Origin: Callorhinchus milii
Taxonomy: Eukaryota
Length of the DNA: 64,000 nt
NCBI RefSeq assembly: GCF_018977255.1
Contig: NW_024704742.1
Location: 7,318,001-7,382,000 of the forward strand
Direction: 5' to 3'
The notes under the pieces were generated by a model. That model made no database searches. It was not told the DNA's origin and saw only the letters and a list, made by a program, of their open reading frames with translations. Shown in pieces: positions 63,186 to 64,000 of the stretch; position 1 is the stretch's first letter, and every line of letters starts with the position of its first letter. The position numbers were made by a program, and so were the translations under genes.

Positions 63186-64000
63186 TGTTTACAGTACAAT
63201 ACAATACAAATTTACATTCATGTAGTGCCTTTCATGTCTGGAGACGTACAAAGGATGGCGTGTGACGGACCTGGCTTGGCACCCGAGCTGGGGTGGGAAC
63301 CAAGTGGGTTGGAGAGGGAAAGATAACCAAAGGCAATTGAGACATTTTCAATGTTATCAGTGTAATATCATAAGCTAGGATTATTTTGAATGCGAGGACT
63401 GTGCATGAGCCTCAAAAGCAACTTCATACCTCATCGATGTGGCATTCCATTCCCCTCAGCGTCCATCCATTGACCTGCAGGAATGTGACTCCTCACTTGC
63501 ACTCAGTCAAGTTTGTCCTGTGGACCACAGGAGCTATCCTAAGCTATCTAACCAAACTGATTGCGGCCATCAGTCTGAGTTGGACATGATGCAAGTGGTA
63601 AATGGACAGTATGTTAATACATTGCACTCAAGTTGTATTTTTGAGTCGAAAATGTCTTTCTCAATTTCACAAGTGCAGAGTGTATAGCTCATTTCCAGCC
63701 AGTAATTATTTTTACTCCATAGATCAATCCTTTGCACTTGTGGTATGCTATTATCTCTATTTAGGGCTGCTGCAATGACATGCCCTTGGTAAAGGTATAA
63801 AAAGCCAGTCTTACAGTGCCTCTGCATGTTTCTTCTGTTTGTGAAGTATTACAGGCCACACTTCAGCAGTGTGTTAATGAGCTCCGCTATGAACTTTACA
63901 AGTGCTTCTCTGTGTCTCTAAAGCGACTTCACTGGCTGGTGAGGAGACTGGATAAATAATTAAAATGTGAACTCCAATCCTTGGTTAAGATGGGACATTT

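Overview
This is eukaryotic, vertebrate intronic DNA, not a prokaryotic region. The repeat content (tRNA-Ala-headed Deu-domain SINEs with L2 tails, plus L2 and CR1 LINE relics) points to a cartilaginous fish, probably a chimaera such as Callorhinchus; that assignment is inference. The only protein-coding piece I can support is one 230-bp internal exon on the + strand (31910-32139) of ANKRD50 or an ANKRD50-like paralog, encoding the Walker-B region of its N-terminal NTPase-like domain. The introns on both sides exceed 31 kb and are packed with retroposons: several SINE subfamilies of different ages, 5'-truncated L2 and CR1 copies, a hAT MITE, a Tigger/pogo end and many nested insertions. Nearly all ORFs in the supplied track are spurious or transposon remnants. 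I found no convincing novel multi-gene system. The best leads are inverted SINEs bracketing the exon (circRNA or A-to-I editing potential), a SINE subfamily series with a swapped L2 tail hairpin, an ancient SINE-like family I cannot name, several nested insertions and a candidate 19-nt microexon. Repeat boundaries were read by eye and are approximate.
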